A stretch of DNA of 64,000 bases from Anthoceros angustus (GCA_010909165.1 VJWM01000107.1:930001-994000); one strand, 5' to 3'. Shown: positions 45,351 through 58,820, numbered from the stretch's first letter. Made by a program: numbers and translations. The notes: generated from the sequence alone by a model not told the origin.

Positions 45351-45825
45351 GTATTAGATAAGCTTGTTCATTGGGTCGGGCCCTATTACTGCCCAACTTT
45401 CCGTGGCCTTTGATCCGTCAAGACCATGTTGCCCCCGTTTTGAACATACTTCACCACTACCTTCCACATACTCGAGGTTTCTCATCACACATGTGCATAG
45501 TAGGTAGAGCATATGATAGACCATACCATCGGACATCAATTAGTGAAGTTATTATTGGGCTCTCTTAGTAATTTTTTATGTGTGAGATTATTATTTTATG
45601 ATTGAATAATTTAAAATAGATAAAATATTATATAATCTAATTATATTATGTTTAAATTAATTTATTATTAAAAATCTAATCAAATATAAAATAAGGAGAT
45701 GAATATTTAGTATCCGTGCGAATAGACATAACGATTTTCATAGCGACTATAACGACTTAACTTACTTAATGAGAAACTCTATTGAGAGAGTAGAGATAGA
45801 GAGGATCTACATATGTTTATCAAAA

Positions 45826-46020
45826 TGACGAAGCCGATGATTGAAGTGACCATAGCCTTGCCTTGATAAACTTGAGGTGGGCCAAGAGATTACTAAAATA
45901 AACATATGTGCTCATTTGTATCACAAAAATGTTTGATCCATGGTTGCATATGTGTGTGGCGTGACGTACATGCCCACTATGTAGACGTGAAGTATACTTT
46001 AGAGAAGAGAATACAAATAG
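45826..46020 (+). pseudogene. Degenerate RING-H2, same family as 30150-31241
   Basis: gagattactaaaataaacatatgtgctcatttgtatcacaaaaatg...ccatggtt...acatgcccactatgtag encodes EITKINICAHLYHK..., PW, TCPLCR. Confidence 0.7.
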
Positions 46021-46654
46021 TGGTTTATCATCTCAAGACCACGGTTTACCCTGGTTTTTCACCTAACCTCATGCCCGCCTCATGGCCTTGTTAGTTCCAT
46101 GTATTAGCATCCTTGGCTATGCACTGTAGTTGTCATGCACAACATTAGTTGTAGTTTTGTTAGGATTTAGGATTATCGTTGTTTTCTTTTCCACAAAAAT
46201 CATTCAATTTTTTTTAACAATATGCTTTTCAAAAGAATATCGCCTTTAAATCATCTATGAGATGTACGTGTTCTTCAAACATATCTTGAAAGAGTTCACA
46301 TGGGCCAAATCAAGTACAAAATAAAAATGACACATGGGCCAAATCAAGTACAAAATAAAACCAAACATGATCGAAATCCAAGGACAAAATAGAAAATGAC
46401 AGCCTAAATAAACAAAAGTAGGTCAAAGTTTAGATGTACAAAATCCAAGGTCATTATCAAAATGATGGCCTATATATATAAGGTATATGCTTCTTTCACA
46501 TACTTTAGAAAAGAGGGTATTTTCATAACCTTTTGAAGAGGTTTTTCTCATAACATTTACTATTCTTCGTGCATTACGGTTATACTAGCCTACATAACAT
46601 CTAAATATTGCGTTAGAAATCATGAACACGCCTTCAATTTACAATGTATCTACA

Positions 46655-46850
46655 AATGTTTATCAAAATGAAGCCGATGATTCGAAGTGACTTGTCTTTG
46701 TTTGCCTTGATAGTCTTGAGGTGGGCGAGATTACTAAAATAAATATATGTGCTCATTTGTATCATAAAAATGTTTAGATCCATGGTTACATATGTGCGCT
46801 GCGTACATGCCCATTATGTAGACGTGAAATACACTTTAGAGAAGAGATTA
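46655..46850 (+). pseudogene. Second degenerate RING-H2 copy in the same island
   Basis: Near-duplicate of 45826-46020, with indels. Confidence 0.7.
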
Positions 46851-47737
46851 CGGAAAAGGTTTACCATCTCAAGACGAAAGTCATCTTCCACATCAATTTG
46901 AATGACCTCATTTCCATCCAAGAGGACATTCAAATGATAAGAGATATTGTGAGTGGAGAGTAGAGATGGATATAATGTCGTATCGGGATTGAACAAATCT
47001 TGACAAGATGGAGAAAATGCAATCCAAAGTAACGAAGATGAAAGGCTTTTCTTGTATGTTGAATTGCAATGGTGTCTTGCTATATATGAACAGGCATCCG
47101 GATCAAGTAGCTTTGGCACTATCCTATGGTGGATAGGGCCATCCCATCTAGTGAGTACACACACCTATAGATGGAGCCACCCTATCCAACGAGTACACCT
47201 AGATGATTTAGATCATCTCATTTATATTGAGAAGAAAGTATTAAATAATCATTTGAATTAATTTGATTATTTTAGTTATTTATTTAATAATTATCATATA
47301 ACTATCTTCTATTTTTGTATAGATAAGTCATTTTTCTGATTAAATTTACATGAATATTTATGGGTTTTTCAAAACAATTCTGGTTTTGTTGAAAATATAC
47401 ACCAAAATAGGACAAAGCCCTCCAAAGAGACCTTCACATCGAGACCGAATACGACCTCCAGACAAGTGGACAATGTTGAATAAGAACACCTACACACGAA
47501 CCTAAACACCGACTACCTCCGAACTCCCAATCCACTCAAAGCTTGAGACTCATAACAGTAAACCTCAAACGACACCATCCAACCAGCCAAGCCGATAACA
47601 TGGCCAATGTAGGATCAAAAGCTCCAAATCATACACGATACATGAGCCTAATCGCCACCTAACACTTGAATGTGCTTGGATGAGGATGACACGTATTCAC
47701 CTCACCAAAGCACATTGATAAGAGCGCTCCCAAAATC

Positions 47738-47980
47738 CAAAGAACGTAAGAAACCAGCCTATTGTCACTAAACCACTTTAAAACTCTTAAGAATTGGACC
47801 CCAAAGAACGTAAGAAACCCTATTGTCAATAAACCACTTTAAAACTCTTAAGAATTGGACCACGAAGAACGTAAGAAATCAACCTATCCTCAATAAATCA
47901 CTCTAAAACTCTTAAGAATTGGACCCCGACGTAAGAAACCAGCCTATGGTCAATAAACCACTTTAAAACTCTAAAGAATT
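47738..47980. repeat. About 58-bp minisatellite, about 4 copies
   Basis: aagaacgtaagaaacc...aaaccactttaaaactcttaagaattggacc is repeated. Confidence 0.9.
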
Positions 47981-50120
47981 ATAGACAATGTTTTTGTGGA
48001 CGAACTTTTGTTGGCGGATGGGGATCACGGACCTTGTCAAGACTCGGAGCCTAAGAAGTTCAACATCGCAACAATAGTGTGGGATGAGGAAGACCCAACA
48101 ATTGCCCGACGGTGCTTGGAAGACTTGGATCTAATGATCAAGCACAAACATGAGGGTATACACTTTGGTGTTGACAAGCCCCATGGGAACTACTATTGGG
48201 ACTATTTCTGGAATTTTTATTCCATAAGGGCAAGTTCCTCCTCTGTGGAAAACCTCTAAGGACTCCGGTTAGTAGAGAGCATTTCATTTCCCAAGAAGCA
48301 ACCTTCTAAATCAAGAGGCGGATTTGTGTGTGCGGCTTGTTAGGCAAGCGAGGAGCCGTGAAGGAAAGCTTAGCGAATGATGAGTCGATGACAAGCCACT
48401 TAGGTTAGGACATCAAGCCTTTTGCACTTGAATGTGAGGTCCCGAGGGTGCCACTTTGTTAGATATACCTATGCACATGTGTAACATATAGTTATAGGCA
48501 GTTAGTATGGGAACACATACACACGGGCAGCAAATGTATGAGCTCTTTCTCACTATCATTCGTCAAAGGATTCCACCAACCAGTTTGCCTCAAGCTTGAG
48601 GGCTTTATGTGATGCCGTTCCTCGCAATGTTCGGCTTTGTGTCACGACCGGTGGTAATCCACTACACCGCTGCAAAGGCGCAAGTTGGCTCTTCCTAACC
48701 CCATGAGACCAGGAAAACGATATATTGGTCGAATCTTGCACAACCTAGGGCCTTAATAGGCACCTACAGCTCACACCAGTGAGACTTTCAAGACGCTTTT
48801 ACACTCTCAATTCATACACATTTCAATTTTTCCCCATCACTCGTAGTGGCATACCGAAGGGCCATATGGACATGCATTCACGTATGGTAGGGCCCCTAGA
48901 CCATGGCGGAAAGCGTAAACGCCTGTAGCTAGGTCCTACACAGACACAAGTCACATATCGCTCTTTAGTGATGTAGAGGCGCAAGTCCGATTCTTGCACG
49001 GTGGAGAGCTCCCCTCAGCTATCGCCACCATGCTTAAACAAAAGACACTTTCAAAACGCAGGCGTAGGAAGAAATGCCAGCCATTTCTTAAGCCAAATAG
49101 ACAACATTTACAAGAACGTGGTTACTAAGCATCTTGTGCTTCGATCGATACTTAGATGGGGTGTCTAGACGGAGTGGATACCCTTGGTGCAAATAGCTGA
49201 GGTACACTATAGTACAAGTTGTTAAGAACCAAGTCCTATTATAGGAAAATTCAATCAAGTGGACTATAATAGACAAAAAGCTAGGTAAAGATTTAGAATC
49301 ACCCACCTTAGTAGAAAAAGGGACCCACACTCATCCATGCCTCGCCTCATCATCACTAACCACATCATTTATATGCGGAAAATGCTCGATTATGTGTGTG
49401 AGAATCACATTCCTCAACATTTATTTGAAATAATGTCAATCCCATTTATTGTTGCAATCATTTCATTCCGCATTTCATTGAGGATTTCATCTAGTCTTGT
49501 CTGTAGAAGCTCATCTATGTTTATCTCATCATCATGAAGATTCATCATTATCAACTTCAAGTATTAATCCTTTGCAATTGGGAAATGTGCATCTTGCATG
49601 ATGATTATGCAACCATGGAGCAAGACATCGCTTGTGAAAGGAATGAAGATCGTCCACTTGTGTGATTTCTTGATGTTTTTAATTTCATCTTGACAAATGG
49701 TGCAATCCTTGATTCATTAAGCCATTATACATCCTTGTTCCTTGAATTATTGCCATTATACATCCTTGTTCGACCTTGAATGTTCTTCTAATTGAACGTT
49801 ATGCTCCATCGAGTTTCCTTAAATGAATCCTTCCTTGGAATAAGGAATAATGTGGTATTACGGATGCGTGATATGCCATATATTCGATGACAAACATATA
49901 TAGTTGGGGGGTCAGTAACTAGGTATTATCAGGTAAAAAAAGTTTTTTCTCGATAACAAAATTGATAATAATTACAAATTGGTCTTACTATTTTAAATAT
50001 TAGATAAAAATTATAAGATCTAATATATATGGTATCTATGTATGGAGTTGTGTTCACTGCAGCTTCTTAAAGATAGGTAGATCTATAAAGTTTAGGGTTT
50101 ATAGGTAGATAGAGGTTCGC

Positions 50121-50227
50121 TAGGCGAATAGGCGGGTAGGCGGGTAGGCGGGTAGGCGGGTAGGCGAATAGGCGAATAGGCGGGTAGGCGGGTAGGCGGG
50201 TAGGCGGGTAGGCGGGTAGGCGGGTAG
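50121..50227. repeat. 8-bp array (TAGGCGGG)/(TAGGCGAA)n
   Basis: Read directly. Confidence 0.95.
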
Positions 50228-51471
50228 TAACAAATGTAAGGTTGATGTAGATCAATTACCATTTAGTAATTACATATTTCATTGAGTATCAAGAAAAGAA
50301 CTTAAAGTGCTTATCTTGAAAGACACTATCTAAAACTTAAAAGACATAAGCATTGGTAAGGGTAACCCTATTGAGTACTTCTAATATATTTATTTCAGCT
50401 ACCCTTATAATAGCATATATAATTAATGCTGACCTAATTCGGATATGCTCAACACTATCCTTTAACACTCCCACTTGGTGATCATATCAGTGAATTCGTC
50501 TTGCTTGCGCCTTGATCCTCCACTTTGTGAACCTTGCAACTCCGGCTATGGATGATTGCCTTGCATCCGGTGCTCAGTCCCTCATTCGGTACTTAATGGG
50601 CGTGCTCTTGAAAAGCCGATTGCGACCGGTCGCTATCTCTCTCGCTTACCTTTGTGCATGCTAGCCACGAGTGCACGGAAAGGTGAGAAAGATGTCGTCT
50701 TCTTGAGGAGAAGATGGTTGCGCCGCCATGTGAGAGCAAGGGAAGGTTCGCCAACTAGGGAGCCCCTAGGACAAGCCTCGTGCTCAACTAGAAGAGGTGG
50801 GGAGTTGTCGGTGCCGAGCGGCTCAACCCACGGAGAGACCCGGTCGCCCCGGAGCGAGCCGCCCTTGCGGCAAGAGCGAGCGTGAGGGCTATGGGAGCCC
50901 CTCAACACCCTAGGCTGCTGCGCGCGTCCTCGGCTGTTCAAGTTAGCGAGAAAACCAAAGGAGGCGGCTCAGCAGCGGACTTCTAGCTTTCACCGGTCTT
51001 GGACTGTTGCTATGTGGGGCGATGGTGCTGTGATGCCTGATCTTCTTCCTCGGTTCCCTAAGGGAGCATTCGGAAGGATACCAAAATAATTGGCCTTGGC
51101 ACACTGTTGAAACCTAATTCGCTTGTACAGTGCACCATGTCTTGTGTGGTGATGAACGCATCAAAGTGCGTGAGAGCGAGTTCCGGACATGTTGTTAGCA
51201 TTTACCGTGAGTGCTCTTCTTTTGGTAACGCCCTTTTGATTTGCTTACTCCCCTTTGCCTTCCTAATTGACTTGTTGCCTTGTCGGGTTACGTATACAAG
51301 CTTGAGGAGGAGACGATGTTCCTTAAGACTACATGTCATCTCCTTCTTCATCCGCACGGTGTTGGTCCGATTTCCTCGGCGGCAAACAGACTATGACTCG
51401 ACAACCCTAAGGAGGTGTCGAAAACGAAGATAGTGGACTACAGCTATTAGGTTGTAGTGGGTGGGCAGTTT

Positions 51472-54400
51472 TCATTTTTGCAGCTTAAGTGACTGAATTG
51501 CAGCTAGGAAAGCTGATGACTCTCCTAGCCCAAGACCCTTAACGTGCTTCTCGTGTAGCTCACGTCCCAGTGCCTTGGTAAGAACATCTGCCGGATTGTC
51601 TTGTGTTGGTATGTATTGCAATCCGATTGTTCCTGCTGCAACAAGCTCTCGAATATAGTGGTACTCAACTTCAACGTGTTTTGTCCTAGAGTGGAACACC
51701 GGATTCTTAGCCAGTGCTATTGAGCCTTGGTTGTCAGTGTGGATGACTGTGCAGGTAGGGAGTTCGATCCCTAGCTCAGAAAACAAGAGCTTGCACCATA
51801 CAACCTCTTTTGCTGCTGCAGTAAGCACCCGATATTCTGCCTCTGTGCTGGATAGAGCAACCGTTGGCTGCTTTTTGCTGGACCAACAGATAGGACCACC
51901 AGCTACACACACCACGTATCCTGAAACTGATTTTCTGGTGTCTACATCACCGGCGTAGTCCGAGTCTGTATAAACTTCTAGGTCTAAGGGAGTTCCCATC
52001 TCATGTGAGTACTTGATACCTCATTGGCGGTTCCTTAAGATACCTAAAGACTCGCAACACAACTCAATGTTCTGTCCGGGATTTTCAAGATATTGTGACG
52101 CTTGTTGCATAAGCTACTTCGGCCTTGTAGTGTTTTGCATATATGAGCTTTCAAGCGCTTTGTAGTCGTTAGCCATCGATCCTTCTCACTTTGTATGGTA
52201 GGTGACATGCTCTTCTTGAGCTTGATCCGATGGGAAGAGGTGGTACTACCTTAACATCCTTTAAAGAGCCGCTTGTCAAGTAAGTATCTAGGCATGTTAG
52301 AGTGATAACCTTAGAAAGCCTGTTTCTTTGAATGTGGATTCCAAGGCAACTCTGAAGCGGGCCTAAATTTGACATCTTAAATTTTGTAGCCAAAAGATCC
52401 GTTATCTTGTCAATATAGTGGTATTCTTTGGAAGTATCAAGTAAATCCACGTGTCTGACTAAGTAACATGTGACATCTCCACTTATATATATGTATAGAC
52501 TGCCATCAGCTTTGCTTTTGGTGAATCCAAGAGCTAGCAGTTCAGTATCCAGCTCAACATTCCACTTCAATGCTGATTGCTTAAGTCCATACAGACATTT
52601 TATTAGCTTACAGGCATAGTCTTCTTTGCCCTTAACCTCATAGCCGGGAGGTTGCTGCATATAAATTTCAGTGTCCAGTTTCCCATTCAGAAAGGCAGTC
52701 TTTACATCGAACATCTGCAGCTCGTAATCCTTGTATCTTGTGGCACAAATGGTGCGAAGGGTTGCAAGCTTGACAAGCTGGAGCAAAGGTCTCAAGTAAT
52801 CAAGTCCTGGAACTTGGGAGAATCCTCTTGCAACAAGTCGGGCCTTGTACCTGTCGAAGGTACCGTCAGCCTTAACCTTTAGCTTAAATACCCATTTACA
52901 AGACACCATTTTTCTGCCTGGTGGGAGTTTAGCTAACTCCCATGTGCCGTTTTCTATAAGGGAGTCATACTCGGATCGGATTGCCTTCTCCCACTCTTTA
53001 TGATCAGGTCTGCTAGAGCTTCCTGAAGAGACTGTGGTTCAATAGGATCAAGTGACATAGCAGCATTGACCTTAACATGTGAAGATGTGGGTCTGAAATC
53101 TGGAGCTTGATAATAATCGGGGGCTCGTCGTTCCCGAGCTGGATAGCGTCGCGGTGATTACTGTTCAAGCGGTTGGGAATCATCAGAGTCGCTGTTTTCA
53201 TCATCGGTGAGTCTTGACATCATCGGATCGGCGATTAGGTTGAGGAGGTTCTGCTGTAGATCGGGGCTGTCGAGGCGTTGCGGGTTCTATCCCAACTACC
53301 TGCTCATGTTGCGGTTCATCCCCCCCTGCAGGAGGAACCTCCTCAAGAGTGAAGTCTTCAAAAACTGTGACATCAGGAAGTGTGAGATCATCAGGCAGAT
53401 CCTCCTCATTTACAGGAGTAACTCCCATTGGTTGCCAGAACCGTCCTTCATCGAAGGTAACACTGCGTGAATAGATGACTTGAGCACGAGAAACATCATA
53501 CAGTTTATATGCCTTGATGCCCTCTGTATAGCCAATCATTAGAAGTTTCTTAGACTTTGCAGAGAGCTTCTTCCTCTTCTCCTTTGGGATAAAAGCATAA
53601 GCGATGCAGCCAAAGGTGCGAAGATGATGGAGAGAAGGCTTGCGACAAAAGAAAGCTTCATAGGGAGTCTGTCCCTCAACAGAGTTGGCGCTGTTGAGGT
53701 ACAGATGTCATAAGGGCTTCGGAGAGGGAAGAGGCGATTTGGCATGATGTGGGGAGGAAGCCATCTCACGAGTTAGGTTCAAGCGTTACGCTACACGTTT
53801 CTTCTGTAAACCACTTGTAAGTTGCACCAATTCCCTCTGCTGTACAATAGGCTTGAAACTCATGTGATGTGTATTCACCGCCATTGTCAGATCGGAGTAT
53901 CTTAAGCTGTTTTCCTGTCCATCTCTCTGCATACCTCAAGTAGTCTTTGAAATAAGAGAAGCATTCACTTTTAGCTTTGAGGATGTAAGCAATGACAAAT
54001 CTGGTTTTGTCGTCTGTGAATGTGAGGAAATAACGACCACCTCCAAGTGAGGGCTATGAAAGAGGCCCACATATGTCAGTGTGTACCATTTCAAGAATCT
54101 CTAAAGCTCGATGTGGAGTTACATTCTTGAAAATGCACAGTGGCGCTTAGAAAGCACAGGCCTCACACAAAGGTAATGGTGATAATGGCCCAATTTTTCC
54201 ATCATGGTAAAGGTCACTAGTGGCTAGCCTAGCTTGGCATGGGGGTGACCTAGGCGTGAATGCCATAATTTAGCCTTCTCAACTTGTTTTGCGAGCGTGA
54301 GAAGCTAGATGGGTTTGGGCTACACCAAGATTTGTGTGCAAGCGAAGCAGATCTTGGTCGATGATCCGTAGCTAGGATTTTTCGATGATCATATGCATCG

Positions 54401-57400
54401 ATAATCCGACACCTGTAGGGTAAAGAGGATATGGCTATTATTATCCATGTTTAGCTTCCTAACGAGATAAGATTTCTAGTCATTTCGGGGCGTAATATAC
54501 TTCTATAAGAGATAGTATGACACTGAAGGTGGAATCTTCAACATGCCTATTAGGAGACACAAGTGACCTATCATCACCAGTAAGCGAATCCTTTAAGCGG
54601 TTTGTATGTGACGGCATTTCTATCGAAGCGGATGTGTTGTTGCACAGTATCTAGGTACCATTCATGAAATGGCTTACCATGGATGTTTGTTGACAAGCAA
54701 TTGGGGTTAGCAAGGATGTACAAAATCCACTGGTCCCTGATCGAGAAGCTTGTTTCTTCACAACAACGTGTGTCTCGAAGTGGAATTGCCCTCCTTGCGA
54801 GGTATTCCGGCTGCTTCTTCGACACTCGTTTTCCCAATGACACGGAACTTGGCACCGTGGCATTTTCCAGTCTTCTTGGGTTTCTTACGTGAAGATGCTC
54901 ATTGTGAGCTACTTGCATTTGAGGTATTCATTTACCTTTGAAGTTGGGCTTTCCCCTTTGTTTGTTTGTAGTGTACGATTGCATCTTGCTTGACGCTTAT
55001 TGTTCCCCTTGTAGCTTCCTCACGGAGAGCTCCCACTAGTTACGAAAAGTTGTTTGAGGAAGAGTAACACAGCTTAGCAATTTTCGCCTTGGTGATGCGA
55101 GCGTTGTAAGAAGTCACAAAGTGTGACCAAGAGTGCAGGGCGACATCATGAGGTACATTGTGAGCAAATCATCCTTAAGACTTTCCTGTGAAGCACTTTC
55201 AAGTTTAGAAACCGGTGTTCTAAAGAATCCGATGTGTTTCTCAATTGTATCCCCATCTCTCATTCTGCGATTACGAACATTGCGGAGGCTGTCATTTGGC
55301 TAGTGGTATTGGTGCAGTACAAGTCCTGGCTTTGGTCCATATATGCGATGTTTTGCATCCGGAGGTCTGTCTCATCATGTCAGAGGTAAGCCCACTCCGG
55401 ATCAGATACATTGCAGCTTCGTCCTTAGTAGTCCATGCTTCCTGACTCTTCTTCTCAATAGCTGAAGGTGTAGAGTCAGTAGGTACAGTGTCAAGGAACT
55501 TGTCCTCCCCTGTGGCAAATTTCCATAGCTTTTTATTTTGCAGTGCTCCACGCATCCGCATGACCCAGACGTCATAATCTGTTCCTCCAAACCTGTCCTT
55601 TTCTTTGAAACCATCTCCACCGAGGTTAGAGGTGGGATCGCCATGTTTCTAGAAGCTGTTAGTCCCTCCTAAGCTGTTAGGAATTATGACCATTAGCTAA
55701 TGCTAAAATGCTGTTTGACCTATCTTTGCGGTCGAGCGGGGGCTTTGCAAAGGAACACCTAAAATGCTAATGTTACATCAAAGGTGAGGCTGCCATGCTG
55801 AATATCTGAGAGGATTAGTAGGGTTAGCAGTGCATCATTATGAAGCATTGCGGTGCATGCGATTTCGAGTGATTCTATTGTTCCCTCTCTGACAATAGGC
55901 TTGAAACTCATGTGATGTGTATTCACCATTGTCGATCGGAGTATCTTCACTCTCCATCTCTCTGCATACCTCAAGTAGTCTTTGAAATAAGAGAAGCATT
56001 CACTTTTAGCTTTGAGGATGTAAGCAATGACAAATCTGGTTTTGTCGTCTGTGAATGTGAGGAAATAACGACCACCTCCAAGTGAGGGCTATGAAAGAGG
56101 CCCACATATGTCAGGGTGTACCATTTCAAGAATCTCTGAAGCTCGATGTGGAGTTCTGTTCTTGAAGGCTGCCTGGTGACGCTTAGAAAGCACAGGCCTC
56201 ACACAAAGGTAATGGTGATAATGGCCCAATTTTTCCATCATGGTAAAGGTCACTAGTGGCTAGCCCGTAGCTTGGCAGGTGACCTAGGCGTGAATGCCAT
56301 AATTTAGCCTTCTCAACTTGTTTTGCGTGGCCTCAAGTTTGAGAAGCTAGATGGGTTTGGGCTACACCAAGATTTGTGTGCAAGCGAAGCAGATCTTGGT
56401 CTGATGATCCGTAAGCTAGGATTTTTCGATGATCATATGCATCGATAATCCGACACTCTGTAGGGGTAAAGAGGATATGGCTATTATTATCCATGTTTAG
56501 CTTCCTAACAGAGATAAGATTTCTAGTCATTTCAGGGACGTAATATACTTCTATAAGAGATAGTATAACACCTGAAGGGACTGGAATCTTCACTGTGCCT
56601 ATTCCGGGAGACACAAGTGACCTATCATCACCTGTAAACGAATCGTCCTTTAAGCGGTTTGTATGTGACGGCATTTCTATCGAAGCGGATGTGTTGTTGC
56701 ACGATCTAGGTACCATTCATGAAATGGCTTACCATGGATGTTTGTTGACAAGCGTGGGGTTAGCAAGGGATGTACAAAATCCACTGGTCCCTGATCGAGC
56801 GGAGAAGCTTGTTTCTTCACAACAACGTGTGTCTCGTGGTGGAATTGCCCTCCTTGCGAGGGCCTGCTTCTTCGACACTCGTTTTCCCAATGACACGGAA
56901 CTTGGCACCGTGGCATTTTCCGTCTTCTTGGGTTTCTTACGTGAAGATGCTCTGTGAGCTACTTGCATTTGAGGTATTCTGCTACCTTTGAAGTTGGGCT
57001 TTCCCCCTTTGTTTCTGTTTGTAGTGTACAGTGCATGCCGCTTGCCAGCACGCTTATTTGTTCCCCTTGTAGCTTCCTCCTGGAGGAGAGCTCCCACTAG
57101 TTCTGAAAAAGTTGTTTGAGGAAGAATAACACCGCAAATTTTAGCAATTTTCTGGCCTTGGTGATGCGAAGCGTTGTAAGAAGTCACAAAGTGTGACCAA
57201 GAGTCTGGGAGCGACATCATGAGGTACATTGTGAGCAAATCATCCTTAAGACTTTCCTGTGAAGCACTTTCAAGTTTAGAAACCAGTGTTCTAAAGAATC
57301 CGATGTGTTTCTCAATTGTATCCCCATCTCTCATTCTGCAGTTCTGAACATTGCGGAGAGCTGTCATCTGGCTAGTGGTATTGGTGCCAGCGTACAAGTC

Positions 57401-57720
57401 CTGAAGCCTGGTCCATATGTCTGCTGATGTTTTGCATCCGGAGGTCTGTCTCATCATGTCAGAGGTAAGCCCACTCCGGATCAGATACATTGCGCCTGCC
57501 CTTAGTAGTCCACGCTTCCCGACTTCTCAATAGTGAAGGTGTAGAGTCGGTGGAGTGCGATGTCGAGAACTTGTCCTCCCCTGTGGCAAATTTCCATAGC
57601 TTTTTATTTTGCAGTGCTCCACGCATCCGCATGACCCAGATGTCATAATCTGTTCCTCCAAACCTGTCCTTTTCTTTGAAACCATCTCCACCGAGGTTAG
57701 AGGTGGGATCAGCCATGTTT
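51472..57720 (-). mobile_element. Decayed Ty1/copia LTR retrotransposon (gag-protease-integrase-RT-RNase H)
   Basis: gag FGGTDYDIWVMRMRGAL (57716); protease WYLD (about 56690); GAG-pre-integrase LWHSRLGH; integrase IGYTEGIKAYKLYD; RT CKWVFKLK, RYKARLVARGFSQ, DVKTAFLNG; RNase H YTDSDYAGD, SSTEAEY, PADVLTK. Many frameshifts. Paired LTRs not identified. Confidence 0.93.
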
Positions 57721-57970
57721 CTAGGACTGCTGTTAGTCCCTCCTAACTGTTAGGAATTATGACCATTAGCTAATGCTAAAATGCCTGTTTGACCTATCTG
57801 TGCAGGTCAGAAGCAGGGCTTTGCAAAGGAACACCTAAAATGCTACTGTTACATCAAAGGTGAGGCTGCCCTGTGCAGCTGAATCCTACAGAGGATTAGT
57901 AGGGTTAGCAGGTCTGTCATTATGAAGCATTGCAGACTGCTGTGCCTGATTTCGAGTGATTCTATTGTTC
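53845..57970. repeat. Internal tandem duplication of the copia 5' UTR-gag-protease-integrase start (about 53845-55885 and 55886-57970)
   Basis: caataggcttgaaactcatgtgatgtgtattcacc at about 53845 and 55893; gag start at about 55644 and 57716. Confidence 0.9.
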
Positions 57971-58589
57971 CGGCTCTCCCACCTATTGTAAGCATAGGTA
58001 GAACACGAAGGGCATGAGTTTGGACAGTCGAATTTAAGACCTTTGCTAGTTTTGCTACGAGCTGCATGCGATTACTCTGTAATTTGGATCGTCGGTGGTT
58101 TAGGCTTTAGCAATGTTAGCGACTTAAAATCAATGTGCAAAATCTGCTCTTTCAAATCGGGGTCAACACCAAGGAAGAAATTCTGGTTAGTATTACTATA
58201 TCTTCTATCCACGCTCCTTTGGTGTGCTTGATCCTCTCGGTTAGATCACTAACAACATTGTGTGGAGTTGTATGTGTAGTAATAAAACCTGCAGGGTTGC
58301 GTTGCATCGAAAACGTCGAACAGATTTTGGGAAGATTGTTGGGATTCACAGGGAGGCGGGTCGGGTGAAGATTCCTCTCGTTGCGGTGAGAGTCTCTATT
58401 ATTGTGTTGAAGGATTCCCTTAGTTCAATGGATTGCATGTGGTCATCTTGATTGCGAGCTATCCATTGACAAGTTGCATGATGGAGTCGCTCGGCAATTG
58501 AAGCCCTAGTACCCGCACCGATTAGCGGTAGATTTGTTCTCCTCCGGCTACCCATCTAGGGACATCGGTGTCTGGCGCAATTCCCAGCG

Positions 58590-58820
58590 ATTGGGCGCTT
58601 GTTCTGTATGGACAAATGGAGAAGGAGGGCACGATTGTGGGCAACCATGTTACCTTGCCTTCCAAGGCTGTGCAAACGCAAGTGCCTTACGGAAGAGGCG
58701 GTGCACTCCTGATTGTGGAGAGAGGACGGCTAGATAACACACTTGTGGGCACTTGCAGTGGACATGTAGGCAAAGTGTGGCGAAGTAGAAGATGCGCATC
58801 AAGTTTTTCAATGCTTGAGC
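58590..58820 (+). pseudogene. PPR P-L-S fragment, near-duplicate of 62995-63215
   Basis: ALVLYGQMEKEGTIVGNHVT...LDNTLVGTC, with frameshifts. Confidence 0.8.

Noticed and set aside
57900-58100. 5' LTR and primer-binding site of the copia element
   Set aside because: No tRNA-complementary PBS or matching LTR pair could be identified by eye.
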